From Eledone cirrhosa (taxonomy: Eukaryota), in contig OZ024741.1 in the NCBI GenBank assembly GCA_964016885.1, positions 256,308,001 to 256,372,000 on the forward strand: a DNA stretch of 64,000 nucleotides, written 5' to 3'. Below the pieces are notes generated by a model. It had not been told where the DNA came from. It ran no database searches and worked only from the letters and a program-made list of their open reading frames with translations. Numbering within the stretch: the first letter of the stretch is position 1; every line of letters starts with the position of its first letter. The position numbers were made by a program, and so were the translations under genes. This document shows, piece by piece, positions 1-12,500 of the stretch.

Positions 1-126
1 TTCTGACTTACGAGTGTTCTGACTTACGAGTGTTCTGACTTACGAGTGTTCTGACTTACGAGTGTTCCGACTTTACGAGTGTTTCGGCTCACGAGTGTTT
101 CGGCTTACGAGTGTTTCGACTTACGA

Positions 127-195
127 AAATAACAAATAGACGCGGTTTCAAATCTCTATGCTTTTCAAATTCATTACATTAATCTTTATTTATAC
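127..195 (+). repeat. 69-bp AT-rich interspersed element, copy 1 (reference)
   Basis: AAATAACAAATAGACGCGGTTTCAAATCTCTATGCTTTTCAAATTCATTACATTAATCTTTATTTATAC, between ...GACTTACGA and GTTTCGCTTTACGAG. Confidence 0.97.
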
Positions 196-878
196 GTTTC
201 GCTTTACGAGTGTTTCGACTTACGAATGTTTTTGCTTACGAGTGTTTCGGTTTACGAGTGTTCCGACTTACGAGTGTTCCGACTTACGAGTGTTTCGGCT
301 TACGAGTGTTTCCGGCTTACGAGTGTTTCAACTTACGAGTGTTCTGACTTACGAGTGTTCTGATTTACGGATGTTTCGACACACGAGTGTTTCGAATTAC
401 GAGTGTTTCGACTTACGAGTGTTTTGACTTACGAGTGTTTCGATACGAGTGTTTCGACTTACGAGTGTTCTGACTTACGAGTGTTCTGACTTACGAGTGT
501 TCTGACTTACGAGTGTTCTTACTTACGAGTGTTCCGACTTACGAGTGTTCCGACTTACGAGTGTTTCGGCATACGAGTGTTTCGGCTTACGAGTGTTTCG
601 ACTTACGAATGTTTAGACTTACGAGTGTTCCGACTTACGGGTGTTTCGACTTACGAGTGTTTTGGCTTACGGTGTTTCGGCTTACGAGTGTTTCGAGTTA
701 CGAGTGTTTTAACTTACACGTGGTTTGACATACGAGTGTTTCGATACGAGTGTTCTGACTTACGAGTGTTCTGACTTACGAGTGTTCTGACTTACGAGTG
801 TTCTGACTTACGAGTGTTCCGACTTTACGAGTGTTTCGGCTCACGAGTGTTTCGGCTTACGAGTGTTTCGACTTACGA

Positions 879-947
879 AAATAACAAATAGACGCGGTTT
901 CAAATCTCTATGCTTTTCAAATTCATTACATTAATCTTTATTTATAC
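879..947 (+). repeat. 69-bp element, copy 2
   Basis: Matches copy 1. Confidence 0.97.
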
Positions 948-2627
948 GTTTCGCTTTACGAGTGTTTCGACTTACGAGTGTTTCGACATACGAGTGTTTC
1001 GGCTTACGAGTGTTTTGATTTACGAGTGTTTTGACTTACGGGTGCTTCGACTTACGCGTGTTTCGACTTACGAGTGTTTCGACTTACGAGTGTTTCGACT
1101 TACGAGTGTTTCGGCTTACGAGTGTTTTGACTTACGAATGTTTTGACTTACGAGTGTTTCGGCTTACGAGTGTTTCGACTTACGAGTGTTCTGACTACGA
1201 GTGTTCTGACTTACGGGTGTTCTGACTTACGAGTGTTCCGACTTACGAGTGTTTCGGCTTATGAGTGTTTCGACTTACGAGTGCTTCGACTTACGAGTGT
1301 TTCGGCTTACGGGTGTTTCGACTTACGAATGTTTTTGCTTACGAGTGTTTCGGCTTACGAGTGTTTCGGCTTATGAGTGTTTCGACTTACGAGTGTTTTG
1401 ACTTACGGGTGATTTGACATACGAGTGTTTCGATACGATTGTTCTGACTTACGAGTGTTTTCGCTTACGAGTGTTTCGGCTTACGAGTGTTTCGACTTAC
1501 TAATGTTTTTGCTTACGAGTGTTTCGGTGTACGAGTGTTTCGACTTAAGGATGTTTCGACTTACGAGTGTTTCGACTTACGAGTGTTTCGACTTACGAGT
1601 GTTTCGACTTACGAGTGTTTTGGCTTACGAATGTTTTGATTTACGGGTGTTTCGACTTACGAGTGTTTCGGCTTATGAGTGTTTCGACTTACGGGCGTTT
1701 CGACTTACGGGTGTTTCGACTTACGAGTGTTTTGGCTTACGAATGTTTTGACTTACGGGTGTTTCGACTTACGAGTGTTTCGACTTATGAGTGTTTCGAC
1801 TTACGAGTGTTTCGGCTTATGAGTGTTTCGACTTACGAGTGCTTCGGCTTACGAGTGTTTCGACTTACGAGTATTTCGGCTTACGAGTGTTTCGACGTAC
1901 GAATGTTTTGGCTTACGAGTGTTTCGGCTTATGAGTGTTTCGGCTTACGAGTGTTTCGACTTACGAGTGTTTCGGCTAACGAGTGTTTCAGTGTTTCGGC
2001 TTACGTGTGTTTCGACTTACGAGTGTTTCGACTTACGACTGTTTCGACTTACGAGTGTTTCGGCTTACGAGTGTTTCGGCTTACGAGTGTTTTGACTTAC
2101 GATTGTTTGGCTTACGAGTGTTCTGACTTACGGGTGTTCTGACTTACGAGTGTTCCGACTTACGAGTGTTTTGGCTTATGAGGGTTTCGACTTACGAGTG
2201 CTTCGGCTTACGAGTGTTTCGACTTACGAGTGTTTCGGCTTGCGAGTGTTTCGACTTACGAGTGTTTCGACTTACGAGTGTTTCGACTTACGAGTGTTTC
2301 GAATTACGAGTGTTTCGACTTACGAGTGTTTTGACTTACGAGTGTTTTGACTTACGGTGTTTCTGCTTACGAGTGTTTCGACTTACGAGTGTTATGACTT
2401 ACGGGTGTTTTGACATACGAGTGTTTCGACTTACGAGTGTTTTGACTTACGGGTGTTTTGACATACGAGTGTTTCGATACGAGTGTTCTGACTTACGAGT
2501 GTTCTGACTTACGAGTGTTCTGACTTTCGAGTGTTCTGACTTACGAGTGTTCTGACTTACGAGTGTTCCGACTTTACGAGTGTTTCGGTTCACGAGTGTT
2601 TCGGCTTACGAGTGTTTCGACTTACGA

Positions 2628-2696
2628 AAATAACATATAGACGCGGTTTCAAATCTCTTTGCTTTTCAAATTCATTACATTAATCTTTATTTATAC
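2628..2696 (+). repeat. 69-bp element, copy 3 (variant)
   Basis: Two substitutions: AACATATAG and CTCTTTGC. Confidence 0.96.
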
Positions 2697-5600
2697 GTTT
2701 CGCTTTACGAGTGTTTCGACTTACGAGTGTTTCGACATACGAGTGTTTCGGCTTACGAGTGTTTTGATTTACGAGTGTTTTGACTTACGGGTGCTTCGAC
2801 TTACGCGTGTTTCGACTTACGAGTGTTTCGACTTACGAGTGTTTCGACTTACGAGTGTTTCGGCTTACGAGTGTTTTGACTTACGAATGTTTTGACTTAC
2901 GATTGTTTCGGCTTACGAGTGTTTCGACTTACGAGTGTTCTGACTACGAGTGTTCTGACTTACGGGTGTTCTGACTTACGAGTGTTCCGACTTACGAGTG
3001 TTTCGACTTACGAGTGTTTCGGCTTACGGGTGTTTCGACTTACGAATGTTTTTGATTACGAGTGTTTCGGCTTACGAGTGTTTCGGCTTATGAGTGTTTC
3101 GACTTACGAGTGTTTTGACTTACGGGTGTTTTGACATACGAGTGTTTCGATACGATTGTTCTGACTTACGAGTGTTTCCGCTTACGAGTGTTTCGGCTTA
3201 CGAGTGTTTCGACTTACTAATGTTTTTACTTACGAGTGTTTCGGTGTACGAGTGTTTCGACTTAAGGATGTTTCAACTTACGAGTGTTTCGACTTACGAG
3301 TGTTTCGACTTACGAGTGTTTCGACTTACGAGTGTTTTGGCTTACGAATGTTTTGACTTACGGGTGTTTCGACTTACGAGTGTTTCGGCTTATGAGTGTT
3401 TCGACTTACGGGCGTTTCGACTTACGGGTGTTTCGATTTAAGAGTGTTTTGGCTTACGAATGTTTTGACTTACGGGTGTTTCGACTTCCGAGTGTTTCGA
3501 CTTATGAGTGTTTCGACTTACGAGTGTTTCGGCTTATGAGTGTTTCGACTTACGAGTGCTTCGGCTTACGAGTGTTTCGACTTACGAGTATTTCGGCTTA
3601 CGAGTTTTTCGACGTACGAATGTTTTGGCTTACGAGTGTTTCGGCTTATGAGTGTTTCGGCTTACGAGTGTTTCGACTTACGAGTGTTTCGGCTTACGTG
3701 TGTTTCGACTTACGAGTGTTTCGACTTACGACTGTTTCGGCTTACGAGTGTTTCGGCTTACGAGTGTTTCGGCTTACGAGTGTTCTGACTTACGGGTATT
3801 CTGACTTACGAGTGTTCCGACTTACGAGTGTTTCGGCTTATGAGGGTTTCGACTTACGAGTGCTTCGGCTTACGAGTGTTTCGACTTACGAGTGTTTCGA
3901 CTTACGAGTGTTTCGACTTACGAGTGTTTCGACTTACGAGTGTTTTGACTTACGGTGTTTCGGCTTACGAGTGTTTCGACATACGAGTGTTTTGACGTAC
4001 GGGTGTTTCGACTTACGGGTCTTTCGACTTAAGAGTGTTTCGACTTACGAGCGCTTCGACTTACGAGTGTTTCGACTTACGAGTGTTTCGGCGTATGAGT
4101 GTTTTGACTTACGAGTGTTTCGACTTACGAGTGTTTCGACTTACGAGAGTTTCGAATTACGAGTGTTTCGACTTACGAGTGTTTTGACTTACGAGTGTTT
4201 TGACTTACGGTGTTTCTGCTTACGAGTGTTTCGACTTACGAGTGTTATGACTTACGGGTGATTTGACATACGAGTGTTTCGACTAACGAGTGTTTTGACT
4301 TACGGGTGTTTTGACATACAAGTGTTTCGATACGAGTGTTCTGACTTACGAGTGTTCTGACTTACGAGTGTTCTGACTTACGAGTGTTTCGACATACGAG
4401 TGTTTTGACTTACGGGTTTTTCGACTTACGAGTGTTTTGACTTACGAATGTTTTGACTTACGGGTGTTTCGGCTTACGAGTGTTTCGACTTACGAGTGTT
4501 TCGGCTTACGAGTGTTTCGACTTATTAATGTTTTTACTTACGAGTGTTTCGGCGTACGAGAGTTTTGACTTACGAGTGTTTCGACTTACGAGTGTTTTGA
4601 ATTACGAGTGTTTTGACTTAAGGGTGTTTCGACTTACGAGTATTTTTAGCTTACGAGTGTTTCGACTTACGAGTGTTTTGACTTACGAGTTTTCTGATTT
4701 ACGGATGTTTCGACATACGAGTGTTTCGACTTACGAGTGTTTCGACTTATGAGTGTTTCGACTTACGAGTGTTTCGACTTACGAGTGTTTCGGCTTATGA
4801 TTGTTTCGACTTACGAGTGTTTTGACTTACGGTGTTTCAGCTTACGAGTGTTTCGACTTACGAGTGTTTTGACTTACGGGTGTTTTGACATACGAGTGTT
4901 TCGATACGAGTGTTCTGACTTACGAGTGTTCTGACTTACGAGTGTTCCGACTTACGAGTGTTCCGACTTACGAGTGTTTCGGCTTACGAGTGTTTCCGGC
5001 TTACGAGTGTTTCGACTTACGAGTGTTTTGACTTTCGGTGTTTCGGCTTACGAGTGTTTCGACTTACGAGTGTTTTGACTTACGGGTGTTTTGACTTACG
5101 GGTGTTGTGAATTACGAGTGTTCCGATTTACGAGTGTTTTGACTTACGGTGTTTCGGCTTACGAGTGATTCGACTTACGAATGTTTTGACTTACGGGTGT
5201 TTCGGCTTGCGAGTGTTTCGACTTACGAGTGTTTCGGCTTATGAGTGTTTCGACTTACTAATGTTTTTACTTACGAGTGTTCTGACTTACGACTGTTCCG
5301 ACTTACGAGTGTTCCGACTTACGAGTGTTTCCGGCTTACGAGTGTTTCGACTTACGAGTGTTTCGACTTACGAGTGTTTTGACTTACGGTGTTTCGACTT
5401 ACGAGTGATTCGACTTACGAGTGTTTTGACTTACGGGTGTTTTGACTTACGGGTGTTGTGAATTACGAGTGTTCCGATTTACGAGTGTTTTGACTTACGG
5501 TGTTTCGGCTTACGAGTGATTCGACTTACGAATGTTTTGACTTACGGGTGTTTCGGCTTGCTAGTGTTTCGACTTACGAGTGTTTCGGCTTATGAGTGTT

Positions 5601-6423
5601 TCGACTTACTACTGTTTTTACTTACGAGTGTTTCGGCGTACGAGTGTTTTGACTTACGAGTGTTTCGAATTACGAGTGTTTTGACTTACGAATGTTTTGA
5701 CATACGGGTGTTTCGGCTTACGAGTGTTTCGACTTACGAGTGTTTCGGCTTGCGAGTGTTTCGACTTACTAATGTTTTTACTTACGAGTTTTTCGGCGTA
5801 CGAGTGTTTCGACTTACGAGTGTTTCGACTTACGGGTGTTTTGACTTAAGGGTGTTTCGACTTACAAGTGTTTCGACTTACGAGTGTTTCGACTTACGAG
5901 TGTTCTGACTTACGAGTGTTCTGATTTACGGATGTTTCGACATACGAGTGTTTCGACTTACGAATGTTTCGACTTACGAGTGTTTTGACTTACGGGTGTT
6001 TTGACATACGAGTATTTCGATACGAGTGTTTCGACTTACGAGTGTTCTGACTTACGAGTGTTCTGACTTACGAGTGTTCTGACTTACAAGTGTTCTGATT
6101 TACGAGTGTTCCGACTTACGAGTGTTTCGGCTTACGAGTGTTTCGGCTTACGAGTGTTTCGACTTACGAGTGTTTCGACTTACGAGTGTTCCGACTTACG
6201 GGTGTTTCGACTTACGAGTGGTTTGGCTTACGGTGTTTCGGCTTACGAGTGTTTCGAGTTACGAGTGTTTTGACTTACGCGTGTTTTGACATACGAGTGT
6301 TTCGATACGAGTGTTCTGACTTACGAGTGTTCTGACTTACGAGTGTTCTGACTTACGAGTGTTCCGACTTTACGAGTGTTTCGGCTCACGAGTGTTTCGG
6401 CTTACGAGTGTTTCGACTTACGA

Positions 6424-6492
6424 AAATGACAAATAGACGCGGTTTCAAATCTCTATGAATTTCAAATTCATTACATTAATCTTTATTTATAC
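6424..6492 (+). repeat. 69-bp element, copy 4 (variant)
   Basis: Variant AAATGACAAA ... ATGAATTTC. Confidence 0.96.
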
Positions 6493-9470
6493 GTTTCGCT
6501 TTACGAGTGTTTCGACTTACGAGTGTTTCGACATACGAGTGTTTCGACTTCCGAATGTTTTTGCTTACGGGTGTTTCGACTTACAAATGTTTCGGCTTAC
6601 GAGTGTTTCGACTTACGAGTATTTCGGCTTACGAGTTTTTCGACGTACGAATGTTTTGGCTTACGAGTGTTTCGGCTTATGAGTGTTTCGGCTTACGAGT
6701 GTTTCGACTTACGAGTGTTTCGGCTTACGTGTGTTTCGACTTACGAGTGTTTCGACTTACGACTGTTTCGGCTTACGAGTGTTTCGGCTTACGAGTGTTT
6801 CGGCTTACGAGTGTTCTGACTTACGGGTATTCTGACATACGAGTGTTCCGACTTACGAGTGTTTCGGCTTATGAGGGTTTCGACTTACGAGTGCTTCGGC
6901 TTACGAGTGTTTCGACTTACGAGTGTTTCGACTTACGAGTGTTTCGACTTACGAGTGTTTCGACTTACGAGTGTTTTGACTTACGGTGTTTCGGCTTACG
7001 AGTGTTTCGACATACGAGTGTTTTGACGTACGGGTGTTTCGACTTACGGGTCTTTCGACTTAAGAGTGTTTCGACTTACGAGCGCTTCGACTTACGAGTG
7101 TTTCGACTTACGAGTGTTTCGGCGTATGAGTGTTTTGACTTACGAGTGTTTCGACTTACGAGTGTTTCGACTTACGAGTGTTTCGAATTACGAGTGTTTC
7201 GACTTACGAGTGTTTTGACTTACGAGTGTTTTGACTTACGGTGTTTCTGCTTACGAGTGTTTCGACTTACGAGTGTTATGACTTACGGGTGTTTTGATAT
7301 ACGAGTGTTTCGACTTACGAGTGTTTTGACTTACGGGTGTTTTGACATACAAGTGTTTCGATACGAGTGTTCTGACTTACGAGTGTTCTGACTTACGAGT
7401 GTTCTGACTTACGAGTGTTTCGACATACGAGTGTTTTGACTTACGGGTTTTTCGACTTACGAGTGTTTTGACTTACGAATGTTTTGACTTACGGGTGTTT
7501 CGGCTTACGAGTGTTTCGACTTACGAGTGTTTCGGCTTACGAGTGTTTCGACTTATTAATGTTTTTACTTACGAGTGTTTCGGCGTAGGAGAGTTTTGAC
7601 TTACGAGTGTTTCGACTTACGAGTGTTTTGACTTACGAGTGTTTTGACTTAAGGGTGTTTCGACTTACGAGTATTTTTGGCTTACGAGTGTTTCGACTTA
7701 CGAGTGTTTTGACTTACGAGTTTTCTGATTTACGTATGTTTCGACATACGAGTGTATCGACTTACGAGTGTTTCGACTTATGAGTGTTTCGACTTACGAG
7801 TGTTTCGACTTACGAGTGTTTCGGCTTATGATTGTTTCGACTTACGAGTGTTTTGACTTACGGTGTTTCAGCTTACGAGTGTTTCGACTTACGAGTGTTT
7901 TGACTTACGGGTGTTTTGACATACGAGTGTTTCGATACGAGTGTTCTGACTTACGAGTGTTCTGACTTACGAGTGTTCCGACTTACGAGTGTTCCGACTT
8001 ACGACTGTTTCGGCTTACGAGTGTTTCCGGCTTACGAGTGTTTCGACTTACGAGTGTTTTGACTTTCGGTGTTTCGGCTTACGAGTGTTTCGACTTACGA
8101 GTGTTTTGACTTACGGGTGTTTTGACTTACGGGTGTTGTGAATTACGAGTGTTCCGATTTACGAGTGTTTTGACTTACGGTGTTTCGGCTTACGAGTGAT
8201 TCGACTTACGAATGTTTTGACTTACGGGTGTTTCGGCTTGCGAGTGTTTCGACTTACGAGTGTTTCGGCTTATGAGTGTTTCGACTTACTAATGTTTTTA
8301 CTTACGAGTGTTCTGACTTACGACTGTTCCGACTTACGAGTGTTCCGACTTAAGAGTGTTTCGGCTTACGAGTGTTTCCGGCTTACGAGTGTTTCGACTT
8401 ACGAGTGTTTCGACTTACGAGTGTTTTGACTTACGGTGTTTCGACTTACGAGTGATTCGACTTACGAGTGTTTTGACTTACGGGTGTTTTGACTTACGGG
8501 TGTTGTGAATTACGAGTGTTCCGATTTACGAGTGTTTTGACTTACGGTGTTTCGGCTTACGAGTGATTCGACTTACGAATGTTTTGACTTACGGGTGTTT
8601 CGGCTTGCTAGTGTTTCGACTTACGAGTGTTTCGGCTTATGAGTGTTTCGACTTACTACTGTTTTTACTTACGAGTGTTTCGGCGTACGAGTGTTTTGAC
8701 TTACGAGTGTTTCGAATTACGAGTGTTTTGACTTACGAATGTTTTGACATACGGGTGTTTCGGCTTACGAGTGTTTCGACTTACGAGTGTTTCGGCTTGC
8801 GAGTGTTTCGACTTACTAATGTTTTTACTTACGAGTTTTTCGGCGTACGAGTGTTTCGACTTACGAGTGTTTCGACTTACGGGTGTTTTGACTTAAGGGT
8901 GTTTCGACTTACAAGTGTTTCGACTTACGAGTGTTTCGACTTACGAGTGTTCTGACTTACGAGTGTTCTGATTTACGGATGTTTCGACATACGAGTGTTT
9001 CGACTTACGAATGTTTCGACTTACGAGTGTTTTGACTTACGGGTGTTTTGACATACGAGTATTTCGATACGAGTGTTTCGACTTACGAGTGTTCTGACTT
9101 ACGAGTGTTCTGACTTACGAGTGTTCTGACTTACGAGTGTTCTGATTTACGAGTGTTCCGACTTACGAGTGTTTCGGCTTACGAGTGTTTCGGCTTACGA
9201 GTGTTTCGACTTACGAGTGTTTCGACTTACGAGTGTTCCGACTTACGGGTGTTTCGACTTACGAGTGGTTTGGCTTACGGTGTTTCGGCTTACGAGTGTT
9301 TCGAGTTACGAGTGTTTTGACTTACGCGTGTTTTGACATACGAGTGTTTCGATACGAGTGTTCTGACTTACGAGTGTTCTGACTTACGAGTGTTCTGACT
9401 TACGAGTGTTCCGACTTTACGAGTGTTTCGGCTCACGAGTGTTTCGGCTTACGAGTGTTTCGACTTACGA

Positions 9471-9539
9471 AAATGACAAATAGACGCGGTTTCAAATCTC
9501 TATGAATTTCAAATTCATTACATTAATCTTTATTTATAC
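9471..9539 (+). repeat. 69-bp element, copy 5 (same variant as copy 4)
   Basis: Variant AAATGACAAA ... ATGAATTTC. Confidence 0.96.
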
Positions 9540-12500
9540 GTTTCGCTTTACGAGTGTTTCGACTTACGAGTGTTTCGACATACGAGTGTTTCGACTTCCG
9601 AATGTTTTTGGTTACGGGTGTTTCGACTTACAAATGTTTCGGCTTACGAGTGTTTCGGCTTACGAGTGTTCCGACTTAGGAATGTTTCGGCTTAGGGGTG
9701 TTTCCGGCTTACGAGTGTTTCGACTTACGAGTGTTTCGACTTTCGAGTGTTTTGACTTACGGTGTTTCGGCTTACGAGTGATTCGACTTACGTGTGTTTT
9801 GACTTACGGGTGTTTTGACTTACGGGTGTTGTGAATTACCAGTGTTCCGATTTACGAGTGTTTTGACTTACGGTGTTTCGGCTTGCGAGTGTTTCGACTT
9901 ACGAGTGTTTCGGCTTATGAGTGTTTCGACTTACTAATGTTTTTACTTACGAGTGTTTCGGCGTTCGAGTGTTTTGACTTACGAGTGTTTCGACTTACGA
10001 GTGTTTTGACTTACGAATGTTTTGACTTACGGGTGTTTCGGCTTACGGGTGTTTCGACTTATGAGTGTTTCGACTTACGAGTGTTCTGACTTACGAGTGT
10101 TCTGACTTACGAGTGTTCCGACTTACGAGTGTTTCGGTTTACGAGTGTTTCGACATACGAGTGTTTTGACTTACGGGTGTTTCGACTTACGGGTGTTTCG
10201 ACTTACGAGTGTTTTGGCTTACGAGTGTTTCGACTTACTAATGTTTTTACTTACCAGTGTTTCGGTGTACGAATGTTTAGACTTAAGGATGTTTCGACTT
10301 ACGAGTGTTTCGACTTACGAGTGTTTCGGCTTACGTGAGTTTCGACTTCAGAGTGTTCTGATTTACGAGTGTTCTGACTTGCGGGTGTTTCGGCTTATGA
10401 GTGTTTCGACTTACGAGTGTTTCGGCTTACGAGTGTTTCGACTTATGGGTGTTTCGACTTACGAGTGTTTTTACTTACGGTGTTTCGGCTTACGAGTGTT
10501 TCGACATACGAGTGTTTTGACTTACGGGTGTTTCGGCTTACGAGTGTTTCGACTGACGAGTGTTTCGGCTTACGAGTGTTTCGACTTACTAATGTTTTTC
10601 CTTACGAGTGTTTCGGCGTACGAGAGTTTTGACTTACGAGTGTTTCGACTTACGAGTGATTTGATTTACGAATGTTTTGACTTACGGGTGTTTCGGCTTA
10701 TGAGTGTTTCGACTTACGAGTCTTTCGGCTTACGAGTGTTTCGACTTACTAATGTTTTTACTTACGAGTGTTTCGGCGTACGAGTGTTTCGACTTACGAG
10801 TGTTTCGACTTACGGGTGTTTTGACTTATGGGTGTTTCGGCTTACGAGTGTTTCGACTTACGAGTGTTTTGACTTACGGGTGTTTCGACTTACGAGTATT
10901 TTTGGCTTACGAGTGTTTCGACTTACGAGTGTTTTGACTTACGAGTGTTCTGATTTACGGATGTTTCGACATACGAATGTTTCGACTTACGAGTGTTTCG
11001 ACTTATGAGTGTTTCGACTTACGAGTGTTTCGGCTTACGAGTGTTTTGACTTACGAGTGTTTTGACTTACGGTGTTTCGGCTTACGAGTGTTTCGACTTA
11101 CGATTGTTTTGACTTACGGGTGTTTTGACATACGAGTGTTTCGATACGAGTGTTCTGACTTACGAGTGTTCTGACTTACGAGTGTTTTGACTTACGAGTG
11201 TTCTGACTTACGAGTGTTCCGACTTACGAGTGTTCCGACTTACGAGTGTTTCGGCTTACGAGTGTTTCCGGCTTACGAGTGTTTCGACTTCCGAGTGTTT
11301 TGACTTACGGTGTTTCGGCTTACGAGTGATTCGACTTACGAGTGTTTTGACTTACGGGTGATTTGACTTACGGGTGTTGTGAATTACGAGTGTTCCGATT
11401 TACGATTTTTTTGACTTACGGTGTTTCGGCTTACAAGTGATTCGACTTACGAATGTTTTGACTTACGGGTGTTTCGGCTTGCGAGTGTTTCGACTTACGA
11501 GTGTTTCGGCTTATGGGTGTTTCGACTTACTAATGTTTTTACTTACGAGTGTTTCGGCGTACGAGTGTTTTGACTTACGAGTGTTTCGACTTACGAGTGT
11601 TTCGACTTACGAGTGTTTCGGCTTACGTGAGTTTCGACTTAAGAGTGTTCTGATTTACGAGTGTTCTGACTTGCGGGTGTTCTGATTTACGAGTGTTCCG
11701 ATTTACGAGTGTTTCGGCTTATTAGTGTTTCGACTTACGAGTGTTTCGGCTTACGAGTGTTTCGACTTATGGGTGTTTCGACTTACGAGTGTTTTTAATT
11801 ACGGTGTTTCCGCTTACGAGTGTTTCGACATACGAGTGTTTTGACTTACGGGTGTTTCGACTACGAGTGTTTTGACTTATGAATGTTTTGACTTACGGGT
11901 GTTTCGGCTTACGAGTGTTTCGACTTACGAGGGTTTCGGCTTACGAGTGTTTCGACTTACTAATGTTCTTACTTACGAGTGTTTCGGCGAAGGAGAGTTT
12001 TGACTTACGAGTGTTTCGACTTACGAGTGTTTCGACTTACGAGTGTTTCGACTTACGGGTGTTTTGACTTACGGTTGTTTCGGCTTACGAGTGTTTTGAC
12101 TTACGAGTGTTTTGACTTACGAGTGTTTTGACTTACGAGTGTTCTGATTTACGGATGTTTCGACATACGAGTGTTTCGACTTACGAGTGTTTCGACTTAT
12201 GAGTGTTTCGACTTACGAGTGTTTCGGCTTATGAGTGTTTCGTCTTACGAGTGCTTCGGCTTACGAGTGTTTCGACTTACGAGTATTTCGGCTTACGAGT
12301 GTTTCGACGTACGAATGTTTTGGCTTACGAGTGTTTCGGCTTATGAGTGTTTCGGCTTACGAGTGTTTCGACTTACGAATGTTTCGGCTTACGAGTGTTT
12401 CAGTGTTTCGGCTTACGTGTGTTTCGACTTACGAGTGTTTCGACTTACGACTGTTTTGGCTTACGAGTGTTTCGGCTTACGAGTGTTTCGGCTTACGAGT

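Larger units (their letters stand above)
3560..9637 (+). repeat. Tandem higher-order duplication, about 3.03-3.05 kb unit (about 3560-6590 and 6591-9637)
   Basis: Landmark offsets of 3031 (4737/7768, 5165/8196) and 3047 (5516/8563, 6455/9502). Both copies carry the same private 69-bp allele. Confidence 0.9.

Noticed and set aside
140-145. ACGCG (MCB-like core) in the linker
   Set aside because: It is a single 5-bp motif with no supporting context.
158-427. Recurrent MLFKFITLIFIYTFRF N-terminus that looks like a signal peptide
   Set aside because: It is the translation of the T-rich linker. Downstream frames end at inconsistent points, some copies stop before 60 aa, and copy 3 lacks the ATG. 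Only ribosome profiling or proteomics could revive it.
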